The notes under the pieces were generated by a model. The model worked only from the letters and a program-made list of their open reading frames with translations, ran no database searches and was not told where the DNA came from. A stretch of 64,000 nucleotides of DNA from NCBI GenBank assembly GCA_001189165.1, contig LFCO01000001.1, positions 10,987-74,986 of the forward strand, in the 5' to 3' direction. Numbering within the stretch: position 1 is the first letter of the stretch; every line of letters begins with the position of its first letter. A program made the position numbers and the translations under genes. The stretch is from Parcubacteria bacterium C7867-005 (GTDB lineage: Bacteria; Patescibacteriota; Minisyncoccia; Phycocordibacterales; Zambryskibacteraceae). Of this stretch, positions 41,971 through 51,664 are shown in pieces.

Positions 41971-42267
41971 ATGAAACATGAGCAAACTCCTGGTCTAAGT
42001 GGAGGAGAAAGATTCTTGGCCTACAAAGATAAATTCACTTCGGTAGTTTTGAGTGATACTGTAGACCACGATAAACTCGAGCAATTAATGAAGGATATTC
42101 AGACTAGGGTGAGTCGTCTGCGAGTAAAATATGGTGACCTTATCTATGAAAACGCTTGGTACCATATGATTGTAGGAAGTTCGCCTATTCCTGGAAGAGC
42201 TTTAACTTATGAAGATTTTCCTGAAGAAGACTCCATAGCAGGTTTTATAGACAGCTTGCAAGTTTAG
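41971..42267 (+). CDS. Hypothetical protein
   Basis: 98-aa ORF immediately after tRNA-Tyr. Confidence 0.6.
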   Translation: MKHEQTPGLSGGERFLAYKDKFTSVVLSDTVDHDKLEQLMKDIQTRVSRLRVKYGDLIYENAWYHMIVGSSPIPGRALTYEDFPEEDSIAGFIDSLQV

Positions 42268-42292
42268 GGGTTTTTCGGTAATCTAATAACCT

Positions 42293-42466
42293 ATGTCACA
42301 GGATCATCTTATAAAACTTGTCTCCGTCGGAGATGAAAAGGGGGTAGGCAAGGGCCACACCTATTATTCGACCAAGAACAAGAAGTCAGTCGAGCGCAAA
42401 ATCGAGGTCAAGAAATACAATCCATTAGCCAAAAAGCATACGGTTTATAAGGAAAAGAAAGCCTAA
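42293..42466 (+). CDS. rpmG: 50S ribosomal protein bL33, zinc-free type (not in ORF track)
   Basis: Translated by hand: MSQDHLIKL...YYSTKNKK...KKYNPLAKKHTVYKEKKA. Confidence 0.93.
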   Translation: MSQDHLIKLVSVGDEKGVGKGHTYYSTKNKKSVERKIEVKKYNPLAKKHTVYKEKKA

Positions 42467-42497
42467 CAAAAACTCCGCCTCTGGCGGAGTTTTCATT

Positions 42498-42571
42498 TGG
42501 CGGGCCCACGAGGATTCGAACCTCGGTCAATCGTTTTGGAGACGATTATTCTACCACTGAACTATAGGCCC
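42498..42571 (-). tRNA. tRNA-Trp(CCA)
   Basis: Anticodon CT-CCA-AA, G73, CCA. Confidence 0.96.
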
Positions 42572-43459
42572 TTAGAGGGCTATCCTAACATATTTCTCTA
42601 TTTCTTTGGATGCCCCAGATTCAAACCATTTTATGGACTTGTTCCTTTTAAACCAAGTCATTTGGCGTTTTGAATACTGTTTTATTTCTGTATAGAGTCT
42701 CTCTCTCATCTCCTGTCTGTCGATCTTATCCTGGAGAAACATAGCGATATATTTATATTCTAGTCCTAGGCTCTGCATACGCTTCCAAGTAAGTCCACGA
42801 TCATGCAACCTCTTACCCTCCTTAATCATCGGTTCCATGCGTTTGAGCAATCGTCTGTATATTTTTTCTTCAAGGTCTTTTTGCTCGGGTCTGATACCGA
42901 TGAATACGGTCTCCCACTGTGTCAACCTGGCAGGTTGACACAGTGGGACATGACCCAAGGCAGATACTATTTCAAGTGCTCGGATTAGGCGAACCTTGTT
43001 TTTAGAATCTATAGATTTCGCTCGAACAGGATCTTTCTTTTGAAGCATCATATACAACTCGTGAGCATCTTTTCTCTCCAGTCTTTCCCTCAGCACTTTA
43101 TTTGGTGGGACTTCAGGTAGATTAGTTTCTCCTATGAGGATGTCTATGTAAAACCCCGTACCACCGACGATAATCGGTGTTTTATTCCTTTCGAGGATAT
43201 CTATCAATATTTTTTCTCCGAGCACCTTGTAGTCAGAAGCAGAGAATGATTTCTTTGGATCTGCCACATCAAGCATGTGGTGAGGTATGTTGAGCATCTC
43301 TTTCTTGGTGATTTTTCCTGCACCTATGTTCAAACCTTTATAGACCTGTCTAGAATCAGCAGAAATAATCTCGCCATTAAATTTCTTGGCGAGGGAAACC
43401 GCAAGGGAACTTTTGCCCGATGCTGTTGGGCCGACTATGATTAAAACCTTGGGCTTCAT
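42572..43459 (-). CDS. miaA: tRNA dimethylallyltransferase
   Basis: GPTASGKS, SADSRQVY, VGGTGFY, KRQMTWF. Confidence 0.97.
   Translation of the reverse strand: MKPKVLIIVGPTASGKSSLAVSLAKKFNGEIISADSRQVYKGLNIGAGKITKKEMLNIPHHMLDVADPKKSFSASDYKVLGEKILIDILERNKTPIIVGGTGFYIDILIGETNLPEVPPNKVLRERLERKDAHELYMMLQKKDPVRAKSIDSKNKVRLIRALEIVSALGHVPLCQPARLTQWETVFIGIRPEQKDLEEKIYRRLLKRMEPMIKEGKRLHDRGLTWKRMQSLGLEYKYIAMFLQDKIDRQEMRERLYTEIKQYSKRQMTWFKRNKSIKWFESGASKEIEKYVRIAL
42912..42948. repeat. 37-bp palindrome, copy 2, inside miaA
   Basis: TCCCACTGTGTCAACCTG-G-CAGGTTGACACAGTGGGA. Confidence 0.9.
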
Positions 43460-43463
43460 TTTG

Positions 43464-43544
43464 TGCCGGAGAAAGGACTCGAACCTTCACCCCTTGCGAG
43501 ACACGATTTTGAGTCGTGCGCGTCTACCATTCCGCCACTCCGGC
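43464..43544 (-). tRNA. tRNA-Leu(CAA)
   Basis: Anticodon CT-CAA-AA, variable arm. Confidence 0.95.
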
Positions 43545-43588
43545 ATTAACCCATACAACTTACAATAAACTCATGCTAAAATCTACTT

Positions 43589-44602
43589 ATGTCACAGTTT
43601 TATAACGACTCCATTTTCTGGATAGAGGTAGAGAAGATTCACCCAAACCCATATCAACCAAGAAAAGAATTTGATCAGGCGCATCTACAGAGTTTAGCCG
43701 ATTCTATGCGCCAGTATGGGGTTTTGCAGGCTTTGGTGGTTACTAGGACTGAAGTAGAGAAGCCGGATGGAGGCCTCGCTGTCGAATACGAACTCATCGC
43801 CGGAGAGCGTCGTTTACGTGCTGCTAAGCTTGCTGGCCTTACGCAAGTGCCAGTGCTTATTCGTACTGGAGCAGAAAACGATTTGACCAAACTTGAATTA
43901 GCGATTATCGAAAATATTCAGCGTGAGGATTTGAATCCAGTCGATAGGGCCAAAGCATTTGACCGACTCGCCAAAGAGTTTGGATTCAAGCATGCAGAAA
44001 TTGCCAAGAAAGTCGGCAAGAGTAGAGAGTACGTTTCTAATACCATGAGGTTGCTGATGCTCCCAGATCACATCCTTCAAGCACTTGCAGAAGGCAAAAT
44101 CACCGAAGGTCACACTCGTCCACTGATGATGCTCACAGATCGTAAAGAAGAGCAGGAAACGTTGTTTAAAGAAATTGTTTACAAAAAACTGAACGTACGT
44201 GAAGCAGAAGGCATTGCCAGGAGGATTGCCTTTGAGCGAGCAAGAAAATTAGTAGACCCAGAGTTGATAGATATAGAGGAAAAGCTCAAAGAATCATTAG
44301 GCACGAGGGTGCGTATAGAAAAGAAAGAGGAGGGAGGCAAGATCACTATAGACTTCTTTTCAAACGAAGATTTGCGTACGCTCTTTGACATACTGACCGC
44401 CCAAAAAGGGAATAAAGACGGGGATGCGATGCTCAAGAGATATATCGCCACCAAAGAAGCCGAAGGCTTGTCCGTAGAAAAAGCAGAACCACTGACTGTA
44501 GAAGAAAAACTAGAGCTCGATGACGAAGGCGATAAAGTGATGGAAAAACCCTTGGATGATGACGAAGAAGATCTCTATTCGATAAAAGATTTTACTGTTT
44601 AG
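43589..44602 (+). CDS. parB: ParB/Spo0J partition protein
   Basis: PNPYQPR, IAGERRLRA, ENIQREDL, HTH. Confidence 0.95.
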   Translation: MSQFYNDSIFWIEVEKIHPNPYQPRKEFDQAHLQSLADSMRQYGVLQALVVTRTEVEKPDGGLAVEYELIAGERRLRAAKLAGLTQVPVLIRTGAENDLTKLELAIIENIQREDLNPVDRAKAFDRLAKEFGFKHAEIAKKVGKSREYVSNTMRLLMLPDHILQALAEGKITEGHTRPLMMLTDRKEEQETLFKEIVYKKLNVREAEGIARRIAFERARKLVDPELIDIEEKLKESLGTRVRIEKKEEGGKITIDFFSNEDLRTLFDILTAQKGNKDGDAMLKRYIATKEAEGLSVEKAEPLTVEEKLELDDEGDKVMEKPLDDDEEDLYSIKDFTV

Positions 44603-46106
44603 TTTTTTGTCTCTTGGATAGTTCAATACGGATATGTCTTTTGGCTGTTGATGTTTTGCACATGTCTATCCACTTTTGATTAGCCTTGGCAGACGGACGG
44701 GTCATGATATCCACGATATCCCCGTTCTGTAGTTTTGTATCAAGGGAAGCGAGTTTGCCGTTCACCTTGGCCCCTAACATATGATTCCCTATGTCTGAGT
44801 GAATCGTATAAGCAAAATCAATCGGAGTTGAATCTATAGGGAGATCAACCACATCACCCTTTGGTGAGAAGGCGAATATTCTCTTACTAAAGAAGTCATT
44901 CTTTAGATGATCATCAAAGCTTGTCGCTTCACTCGAGTTTTCTTGGTACGTTACTAACTCCTGGATGAAACTAGGAATATCTTTGGAAGCGTTTAGAGTT
45001 GTGCGTATACCCTCTGTGTTTTTATTTTTAGGTAGTAGAGATCTGATCCAGCCTATAGTCTCTTCATCCTTACCAACCTTATCTTTTTTATAAGATATAT
45101 GGGATGCCACTCCATATTCTGAGTATGTGTGCATCTCATTGGTTTTAATTTGAACCTCTACAATATTGCCGTCTCCTGTAAAGATAGTCGTGTGTATTCC
45201 TTGGTAGCCATTTAATTTGGGGAAGGCTATGTAGTCCTTGATTCGTCCTGGTAAGGGCCTCCAGGTTGCATGAACAACACCCAGGGCCCTGTAGCAATCC
45301 TGAGTTGTTTCTACTATCATCCTGACCGCATTGATGTCATAGATCTTCTCTATATCTTTTTTCTGTAGAAGTTTTTTGTATAAGCTGTAGAGACCCTTAA
45401 CCCGATAATCAGTTTTTACTTTTATCAGACCTTCTTTGGCCAGAGCTTTTTTCACAGATTGGATAAATTTCTCCAGAGAATCATGTCTTTCTCTTTGCCC
45501 TTCTTTCATCAAATTTTTTAAATCCTCGTATTCCTTAGGATAAACATAAGGGAAGGCGAGATCTTCTAATTCTCTGTTGAGTTTTCTTATGCCCAACCTA
45601 TATGCGATAGGAGCGTAAATCTCCAGTGTCTCTGTTGCTATGCGTAGTTGTTTTTCTTTGGGCACATACGAAAGAGTTCTCATATTGTGTAAACGATCAG
45701 ACAGCTTGATCATAAGTACCCTGATATCTTCAGACATGGCCACAAAGAGTTTGCGCAAACTTTCATTATGCCTATCAGCACCACGGTACTTTACATTACC
45801 CAGTTTGGTTACTCCGTCTACCAGGAAAGCTATTTCTTTGCCAAACTCTTTTTCAATAGTCTCCAGACTCACACCACAATCTTCTACTACATCGTGCAAG
45901 AGTCCTGCAGAAACTGTGACAGCCCCCATACCCAGCTCTGCGAGAATTTTGGCCGTCTCAAAAACGTGTAGAAAATATTTTTCACCAGAGTGTCTTTTTT
46001 GCCCCTCGTGGGATTTTTCTGCGAACAAATAGGATTTATTGATGAGCGCCACTTCATCATTCGTTACTCCATCTATGAGCCGTATGATGTCTTGTGGATT
46101 GGTCAT
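44592..46106 (-). CDS. rel: RelA/SpoT homolog (HD + synthetase + TGS, no ACT)
   Basis: LLHDVVED, DRLHNMRT, KDYIAFPK.NGYQ, DFAYTIH. Confidence 0.92.
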   Translation of the reverse strand: MTNPQDIIRLIDGVTNDEVALINKSYLFAEKSHEGQKRHSGEKYFLHVFETAKILAELGMGAVTVSAGLLHDVVEDCGVSLETIEKEFGKEIAFLVDGVTKLGNVKYRGADRHNESLRKLFVAMSEDIRVLMIKLSDRLHNMRTLSYVPKEKQLRIATETLEIYAPIAYRLGIRKLNRELEDLAFPYVYPKEYEDLKNLMKEGQRERHDSLEKFIQSVKKALAKEGLIKVKTDYRVKGLYSLYKKLLQKKDIEKIYDINAVRMIVETTQDCYRALGVVHATWRPLPGRIKDYIAFPKLNGYQGIHTTIFTGDGNIVEVQIKTNEMHTYSEYGVASHISYKKDKVGKDEETIGWIRSLLPKNKNTEGIRTTLNASKDIPSFIQELVTYQENSSEATSFDDHLKNDFFSKRIFAFSPKGDVVDLPIDSTPIDFAYTIHSDIGNHMLGAKVNGKLASLDTKLQNGDIVDIMTRPSAKANQKWIDMCKTSTAKRHIRIELSKRQKTKQ

Positions 46107-46108
46107 GT

Positions 46109-48280
46109 TTATTCTGGTTTATTGAGTTTGTGGGGGTTGTGGTTTGGGCAAGCTTTGTCTGAACATCTTTCTGGTATGGTCTTTGTACCTTCCATCATAA
46201 GGGATCCACACATTTTGCAAATATTACCTGTTGGTTTGGCTTTGATCGCATATTTGCAGTCAGGGTAATTTTGGCACGAATAGAAAACTCCGAATCGGCC
46301 ACGACGTTCTGCCATGTATCCTGTTTTGCAGACTGGGCACTGTATACCTGTAGAATTGGCCTTTTCTTGCTCTGGGTCTTTCTCTATATACTTACATTTT
46401 GGAAATCTGGCACAGGCAGTGAACATCCCAAACTTACCCTCACGGGTTACCAGATTACCCTTGTTACACTTTGGGCATGGTCTGCCTGTATCTTTGGGCC
46501 CCTCCAGTGCTTTACCTTCTATAGTTCGAGCACCGTTACAGTCGGGGAACTTGGCACAAGAAAGGAATTTACCCCCTTTGCCTAATTTGATGATCATCTC
46601 ACCGTTGCATATTGGGCAGAGTACACCATCCGGTCCTTTGCCTAGGTTGGTGATTTTCTCTATTTTGTCTTTGGCTTTCACATCTTTCTGAAACGGTCCG
46701 TAGAAGTCAGTGAGAACTTTTTTATATGTATGCTTGCCACCAGCGATGTCATCCAATTTGTTTTCCATATCTGCGGTGAATGAGTCACTGATGTAGTTCT
46801 CGAAATTGCCTTCTAGGAAAGTAGATACTACTTCTCCTGTATCTGTGGGGTGAAGGGCTTTTTGGATTTTTTCTACATAGCCACGCTCGTCGAGTGTTTT
46901 GATGATGGATGCATATGTGGATGGTCTGCCTATACCTCTTTTTTCGAGCTCTTTGATAAGACCGGCTTCAGAGTATCTGGCTGGTGGTTCTGTTTGTTTT
47001 TCTTCTGAACCCATGGCTAGTAGTTTAAGATCATCGCCAACTTTTATTTGCGGGAGGATGACATCTTCACCCTGTGCTGCTGGATCTGCTTTGGTCCAAC
47101 CATCAAAAAGTATTCGAGAACCGTTGAGCCAGAAATCAGGCACTGAAGGTCCAGAGATATTCGATACTACTTTAGTACGCATGACTTTGGCATCTCTCAT
47201 TTGGCTGGCTATTGTCCTCTGCCAGATCAGTCTGTAAAGTTTTTTCTGTTCATCATTACCACCTGCAATCTCTGTATCCATATGTGTCGGTCTGATTGCT
47301 TCGTGAGCCTCTTGAGCATTTTTGGATTTTTTGGCAAAGGAATGGGCCTCAAAATAAGTTGCTCCATAATTTTTTTCTATCACTCTTTTTATTTCAGCCT
47401 TGGCTTGTACTCCTAGGTTAGTAGAGTCAGTACGCATATAAGTGATGTGTCCGGCTTCGTATAATCTCTGTGCGACCTGCATAGTACGAGAGGGGGCAAA
47501 GCCGAGCCTCGATGATGCGGTTTGTTGGAGTGTAGAGGTGATGAATGGGGCCTTTGGTGCTCTTGAGACTTCGGTTTCTTTTATGTCTGTTACCTTCCAA
47601 GAACCTTTTTTACCTTCGGCTAGTATCCTGTCTACTTCTTTTTTGTCTGTAGGTTCTTCTGAGCAAGCAAAATTTAATTCGTTCTTTTTGTTGTCTTGTA
47701 GCAGTGCATTGATGGTCCAGAAGGTTACCGGGTTAAAGGCACGTATCTCTCGCTCTCTTTCCATGATTATCCTCAGTGCGGGGGATTGGACTCTGCCTGC
47801 AGAGAGGCCATATCTGACTTTTTTCCAAATCAAACCAGATAGATCGTAACCAACCAAGCGGTCCAGGACTCTACGGGCCTCCTGCGCCTCCTTAAGGTCT
47901 TCATCGATTTTTCTTGGATGTTTGATGGCTTCTTCGACTGCTTCTTTGGTGATTTCGTGAAAGACAATACGTTTTGGATTTTTTAAACCGACAGCCTCCT
48001 TGATGTGCCAAGCGATAGCTTCTCCCTCACGGTCGGGGTCTGTGGCCAACAACACTTCGTCCGCCTTCTTAGCGAGTTTTTTGATATCGGCAATTATATT
48101 TTCTTTACCCTTCACAACTTCGTAGTGCGGTATAAAGCCACCAGCTACATCTATGGCTACCTTGTTGGATTTTGGTAAATCTCTAATATGGCCCACACTT
48201 GCGACCACACGATAATCTTTACCGAGATATTTCTCGATTGTTTTTGCTTTGGACGGGGACTCGACGATTAGTAGTCTCAT
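46109..48280 (-). CDS. topA: DNA topoisomerase I with C-terminal zinc ribbons
   Basis: VESPSK, ATDPDREGE, ITYMRTD, repeated CPxC. Confidence 0.98.
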   Translation of the reverse strand: MRLLIVESPSKAKTIEKYLGKDYRVVASVGHIRDLPKSNKVAIDVAGGFIPHYEVVKGKENIIADIKKLAKKADEVLLATDPDREGEAIAWHIKEAVGLKNPKRIVFHEITKEAVEEAIKHPRKIDEDLKEAQEARRVLDRLVGYDLSGLIWKKVRYGLSAGRVQSPALRIIMEREREIRAFNPVTFWTINALLQDNKKNELNFACSEEPTDKKEVDRILAEGKKGSWKVTDIKETEVSRAPKAPFITSTLQQTASSRLGFAPSRTMQVAQRLYEAGHITYMRTDSTNLGVQAKAEIKRVIEKNYGATYFEAHSFAKKSKNAQEAHEAIRPTHMDTEIAGGNDEQKKLYRLIWQRTIASQMRDAKVMRTKVVSNISGPSVPDFWLNGSRILFDGWTKADPAAQGEDVILPQIKVGDDLKLLAMGSEEKQTEPPARYSEAGLIKELEKRGIGRPSTYASIIKTLDERGYVEKIQKALHPTDTGEVVSTFLEGNFENYISDSFTADMENKLDDIAGGKHTYKKVLTDFYGPFQKDVKAKDKIEKITNLGKGPDGVLCPICNGEMIIKLGKGGKFLSCAKFPDCNGARTIEGKALEGPKDTGRPCPKCNKGNLVTREGKFGMFTACARFPKCKYIEKDPEQEKANSTGIQCPVCKTGYMAERRGRFGVFYSCQNYPDCKYAIKAKPTGNICKMCGSLMMEGTKTIPERCSDKACPNHNPHKLNKPE

Positions 48281-48327
48281 GGCCTAACAAATACTATAGA
48301 TACGTTTTTTGTGCAAATTATGTCTCG

Positions 48328-49188
48328 TCAGAAAGCTTTCCTTACTTCACCAAGCTCTTCAAAGATTAATCCCTTTATTTCAAGTAATGAGAGTACTGCA
48401 TTCGCTTTACCGATATCCAGTTTTGATTTTCTGATGAGTTCATCTCTACCTCTGGGGATATCGAGTAGTTCTATAAAAAGTTTTTCCTCAGTACCCAAAT
48501 CATTCATATCAAAAAGTGTTTGACCTTCGTCTTTTCGTTTTATACCGAGTAGCTCGAGCACATCGTTCGCATCTCTGATGAGGGCAGACCCTAACCTGAT
48601 GAGCATGTGGGGACCATCTGAAGTGGGCGAGGTAGTTGGACCAGGGACTGCCCCTACTTCGCGGTTGTATTCTGTGGCCAGGCGAGAAGTTATGAGAGTA
48701 CCAGATTTTTTCTCTGCTTCTATGACAAGGGTCGCATGACACATCCCTGCCATGATTCTGTTTCTTTGGGGGAATGTATAGTATTGGGCTTTCATATCAT
48801 CATCAAACTCAGACAATAATCCACCGCCGGATTCTATGATCTCATTTGCTAGGCCTACATGTGCTTGCGGATGCAGAATTTTTCTGGACAATCCAGAGCC
48901 GGGGACAGCGATAGTTTGTAACCCAGCGTTGATAGCAGCGCGATGCGCGATCGAATCTATGCCCAGTGCGAGTCCGGAGACAATGGTGATCGGATAACCA
49001 GAGAGTCCAGCGATGATCGACTCACAAATTTCTCTACCATAGGCTGAGTACTTCCTCGAACCAACAACTGCTAGGAGCTTGTTGTTTTCTCTGGGCAACT
49101 CTCCCTCATACCTCAGGTTTTTGGCTTTGTCGTTGATCTCCTTTAATAGAATGGGGAATTCCCCAGGTAGGAGATCTCTAATGGTCAT
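48328..49188 (-). CDS. dprA: DNA processing protein DprA
   Basis: AVVGSR, SGLALGID, FPQRNRI, SGTLIT. Confidence 0.96.
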   Translation of the reverse strand: MTIRDLLPGEFPILLKEINDKAKNLRYEGELPRENNKLLAVVGSRKYSAYGREICESIIAGLSGYPITIVSGLALGIDSIAHRAAINAGLQTIAVPGSGLSRKILHPQAHVGLANEIIESGGGLLSEFDDDMKAQYYTFPQRNRIMAGMCHATLVIEAEKKSGTLITSRLATEYNREVGAVPGPTTSPTSDGPHMLIRLGSALIRDANDVLELLGIKRKDEGQTLFDMNDLGTEEKLFIELLDIPRGRDELIRKSKLDIGKANAVLSLLEIKGLIFEELGEVRKAF

Positions 49189-49215
49189 TTTATCTATAGT
49201 AGCACTTCTGCTATC

Positions 49216-50490
49216 ATGTTTTATATGCTTGATATCAAATTTATAAGAGAAAATAAGGATTTAGTGGCCAAGGCTGCAGAGATCAAACGTATAAAATTTG
49301 ATGTAAACGCCCTCCTTGAGGTAGATGATCAGCGAAGAGTTTTACAGGCACAGATTGAAGAAAAGCGCTCCGAACAAAACAAAGCTTCTATAGAGATAGT
49401 CAAAGTGCTCGGTCCAGAGAAGGCAAACATCCTGGAAAAGATGAAGTTTCTCAAAGAAGAGTTGGGTGGCTTCGAAGAAAAACAAAAGGAAGTGATGCAT
49501 ACATGGCAGAAGCTGATGCTTGAAGTGCCGAATATTCCTGATATCTCTGTCCCTCAGGGTGAAAGTGATCAGGATAATAAAGAAGTAAAGAAATGGGGCG
49601 AGATGCCAAAGTTTGATTTCCAACCAAAAACTCATATAGAGATAATGGAAAATTTAGGAATGCTCGATTTGGAACGAGGAACCAAGGTTTCTGGTTTTCG
49701 TGGATATTTCTTGAAAGGTGGTGGTGCGAGACTTTCTTTCGCTATCTGGAATTATGCGATGGATTTTTTTACCAAGAAAGATTTTGTGCCCTACATCGTT
49801 CCCTCGCTCGTTCGCAAAGAATCACTCATAGGCACAGGGATGCTCCCACAAAGTGAAGAAGATTTGTACAAGACTCAGGACGGGGATTACCTCGCCGGTA
49901 CAGCAGAAGTGGCTACCATGGGGTATCATCAGGATGAAGTTCTGACCAAAGAAGAATTACCAAAAAAGTTTCTTTCTTTTTCTCCATGTTTTAGAAGAGA
50001 GGCAGGTAGCCACTCCAAGGATATAAAAGGCCTGATTCGAGTTCATGAATTTTATAAAGTTGAACAGGTTGTCTTATGTGAGGCTTCGCACGAAGAATCT
50101 GTCAGACAGCATGAGGCCATAAACAGGAATACAGAAGAATTCATAGAGTCGATGAATATTCCTTACCATACAGTGTTGAACTGCGGTGCTGACCTCGGAC
50201 TCGGTCAGGTAAAGAAATACGATATAGAACTCTGGGTACCGCTCGAAGACACATATAGAGAGATCAGCTCCGCATCATACTTCCACGACTTCCAAACTCG
50301 CAGATTGAATATCAAATATAAGGATACAGACGGTAAAACCAAATACGTGCACTCACTCAACTCTACAGCGATTCCTACACCACGTATCCTTGTGTCATTA
50401 GTAGAGAATTTTCAACAGGCTGATGGTTCGATCAGAATCCCAGACGTGCTCGTGCCATATATGGGCGGTAAAACCGTTATAGCCAAATAA
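49216..50490 (+). CDS. serS: Serine--tRNA ligase (start probably 49225)
   Basis: MLDIKFIR, GTAE, FRREAG, EISSAS. Confidence 0.97.
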   Translation: MFYMLDIKFIRENKDLVAKAAEIKRIKFDVNALLEVDDQRRVLQAQIEEKRSEQNKASIEIVKVLGPEKANILEKMKFLKEELGGFEEKQKEVMHTWQKLMLEVPNIPDISVPQGESDQDNKEVKKWGEMPKFDFQPKTHIEIMENLGMLDLERGTKVSGFRGYFLKGGGARLSFAIWNYAMDFFTKKDFVPYIVPSLVRKESLIGTGMLPQSEEDLYKTQDGDYLAGTAEVATMGYHQDEVLTKEELPKKFLSFSPCFRREAGSHSKDIKGLIRVHEFYKVEQVVLCEASHEESVRQHEAINRNTEEFIESMNIPYHTVLNCGADLGLGQVKKYDIELWVPLEDTYREISSASYFHDFQTRRLNIKYKDTDGKTKYVHSLNSTAIPTPRILVSLVENFQQADGSIRIPDVLVPYMGGKTVIAK

Positions 50491-50494
50491 ACCC

Positions 50495-51331
50495 ATGCTC
50501 ATAGGCAAGGATAGGGGAATACGTACTCCAGAATTCCACAAGAAAAAAGAGCGAGAGAAATGGATTCGTACTGCTTGGTATATCATCTTGTCCGTTATTA
50601 TCATCGGCTCACCTATATATATATTTAGGCACGAGTACATCCAAGTAGAGGACATCTTGGTATCTGGAAATTCGATTACCACGAATAAAGAAGTAGAGGA
50701 AATAGTGTCTCGTCATCTATCTGGTAAGTATCTTTGGGTTATACCAAAATCAAATGCATTGTTTTATCCAAATGATTCTATAGAAGAGGATTTGCTTCTG
50801 GCTGTACCTCGACTGAGTTTGGTCAAAGCCGAATTAACAGACTCGAGGACACTACAAGTTTCTATTGTGGAAAGAGAGCCTTCTGCTCTGTACTGCACCG
50901 ATACATCAACCGTTTCTTCACCAAAAAATTGTTATTTTATGGACGAGGACGGATATATTTATTCTGAAGCACCTACATTCTCTGGTGGTGTTTATGTGGT
51001 CTACTCTTCGTTACCTGTGTTGAGTGAACCACTGCGGAAGGTGTTTTTGGACAAGAATCTTTTTTCATTGACGATGGCGTTTGTAAAGAGCTTGGAGAGT
51101 TTTGGTTTTGAACCAAAAGTTTTTATCAAAAAAGATGAGGAGTACCAAGTCATTTTGGAAAATGGTGGTTCTATCATGTGGAAAGTCGATGCAGATCTAG
51201 ACAGGGTTGCTTCTAGTGTAGAATCTCTGGTTTCTGATTCAGTTTTCAAAAAAGAAAAGAACGTGTTTGGGAGGATACTATACATCGACCTACGTTTTGG
51301 AAACAAAATTTTCTATAAATTTCAAGATTAA
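50495..51331 (+). CDS. ftsQ: FtsQ/DivIB-like cell division protein
   Basis: TM, POTRA-like VSGN, C-terminal YIDLRF. Confidence 0.75.
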   Translation: MLIGKDRGIRTPEFHKKKEREKWIRTAWYIILSVIIIGSPIYIFRHEYIQVEDILVSGNSITTNKEVEEIVSRHLSGKYLWVIPKSNALFYPNDSIEEDLLLAVPRLSLVKAELTDSRTLQVSIVEREPSALYCTDTSTVSSPKNCYFMDEDGYIYSEAPTFSGGVYVVYSSLPVLSEPLRKVFLDKNLFSLTMAFVKSLESFGFEPKVFIKKDEEYQVILENGGSIMWKVDADLDRVASSVESLVSDSVFKKEKNVFGRILYIDLRFGNKIFYKFQD

Positions 51332-51379
51332 ACAGGAATTGCACAAGACTTGACTTATTCTTCTGAGGGTGTATAGTGT

Positions 51380-51640
51380 GTGCAGATTCAGTACAAAGGC
51401 TGATCAGAGTGACTTACAGGAAGATTCGTAAGGGCAACTCTGGTGGCAGGGGAATACACCAGCGTAAGAGCAGGTGCACCGAACGCGTAGTATCCCACGT
51501 TCCGCGTCGCGCCGGTTGGCTGTATTCTTGGGAGACACTCTGCACCACTTGGAGTCTATACCCCTTCACCTGCTGTGGATTTACAAATCCCCAGCCCCGC
51601 CCTACGCGCCCCCACACTTCTGTGTGCGGGCGCGGTTTCA
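51380..51640 (+). ncRNA. Candidate structured ncRNA (about 260 nt)
   Basis: Promoter TTGACT-16-TATAGT (51350-51377), closing helix GTGCAGA/TCTGCAC, terminal hairpin 51605-51634. Confidence 0.5.
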
Positions 51641-51664
51641 TTTAGATTTTTATACAATACTCTT

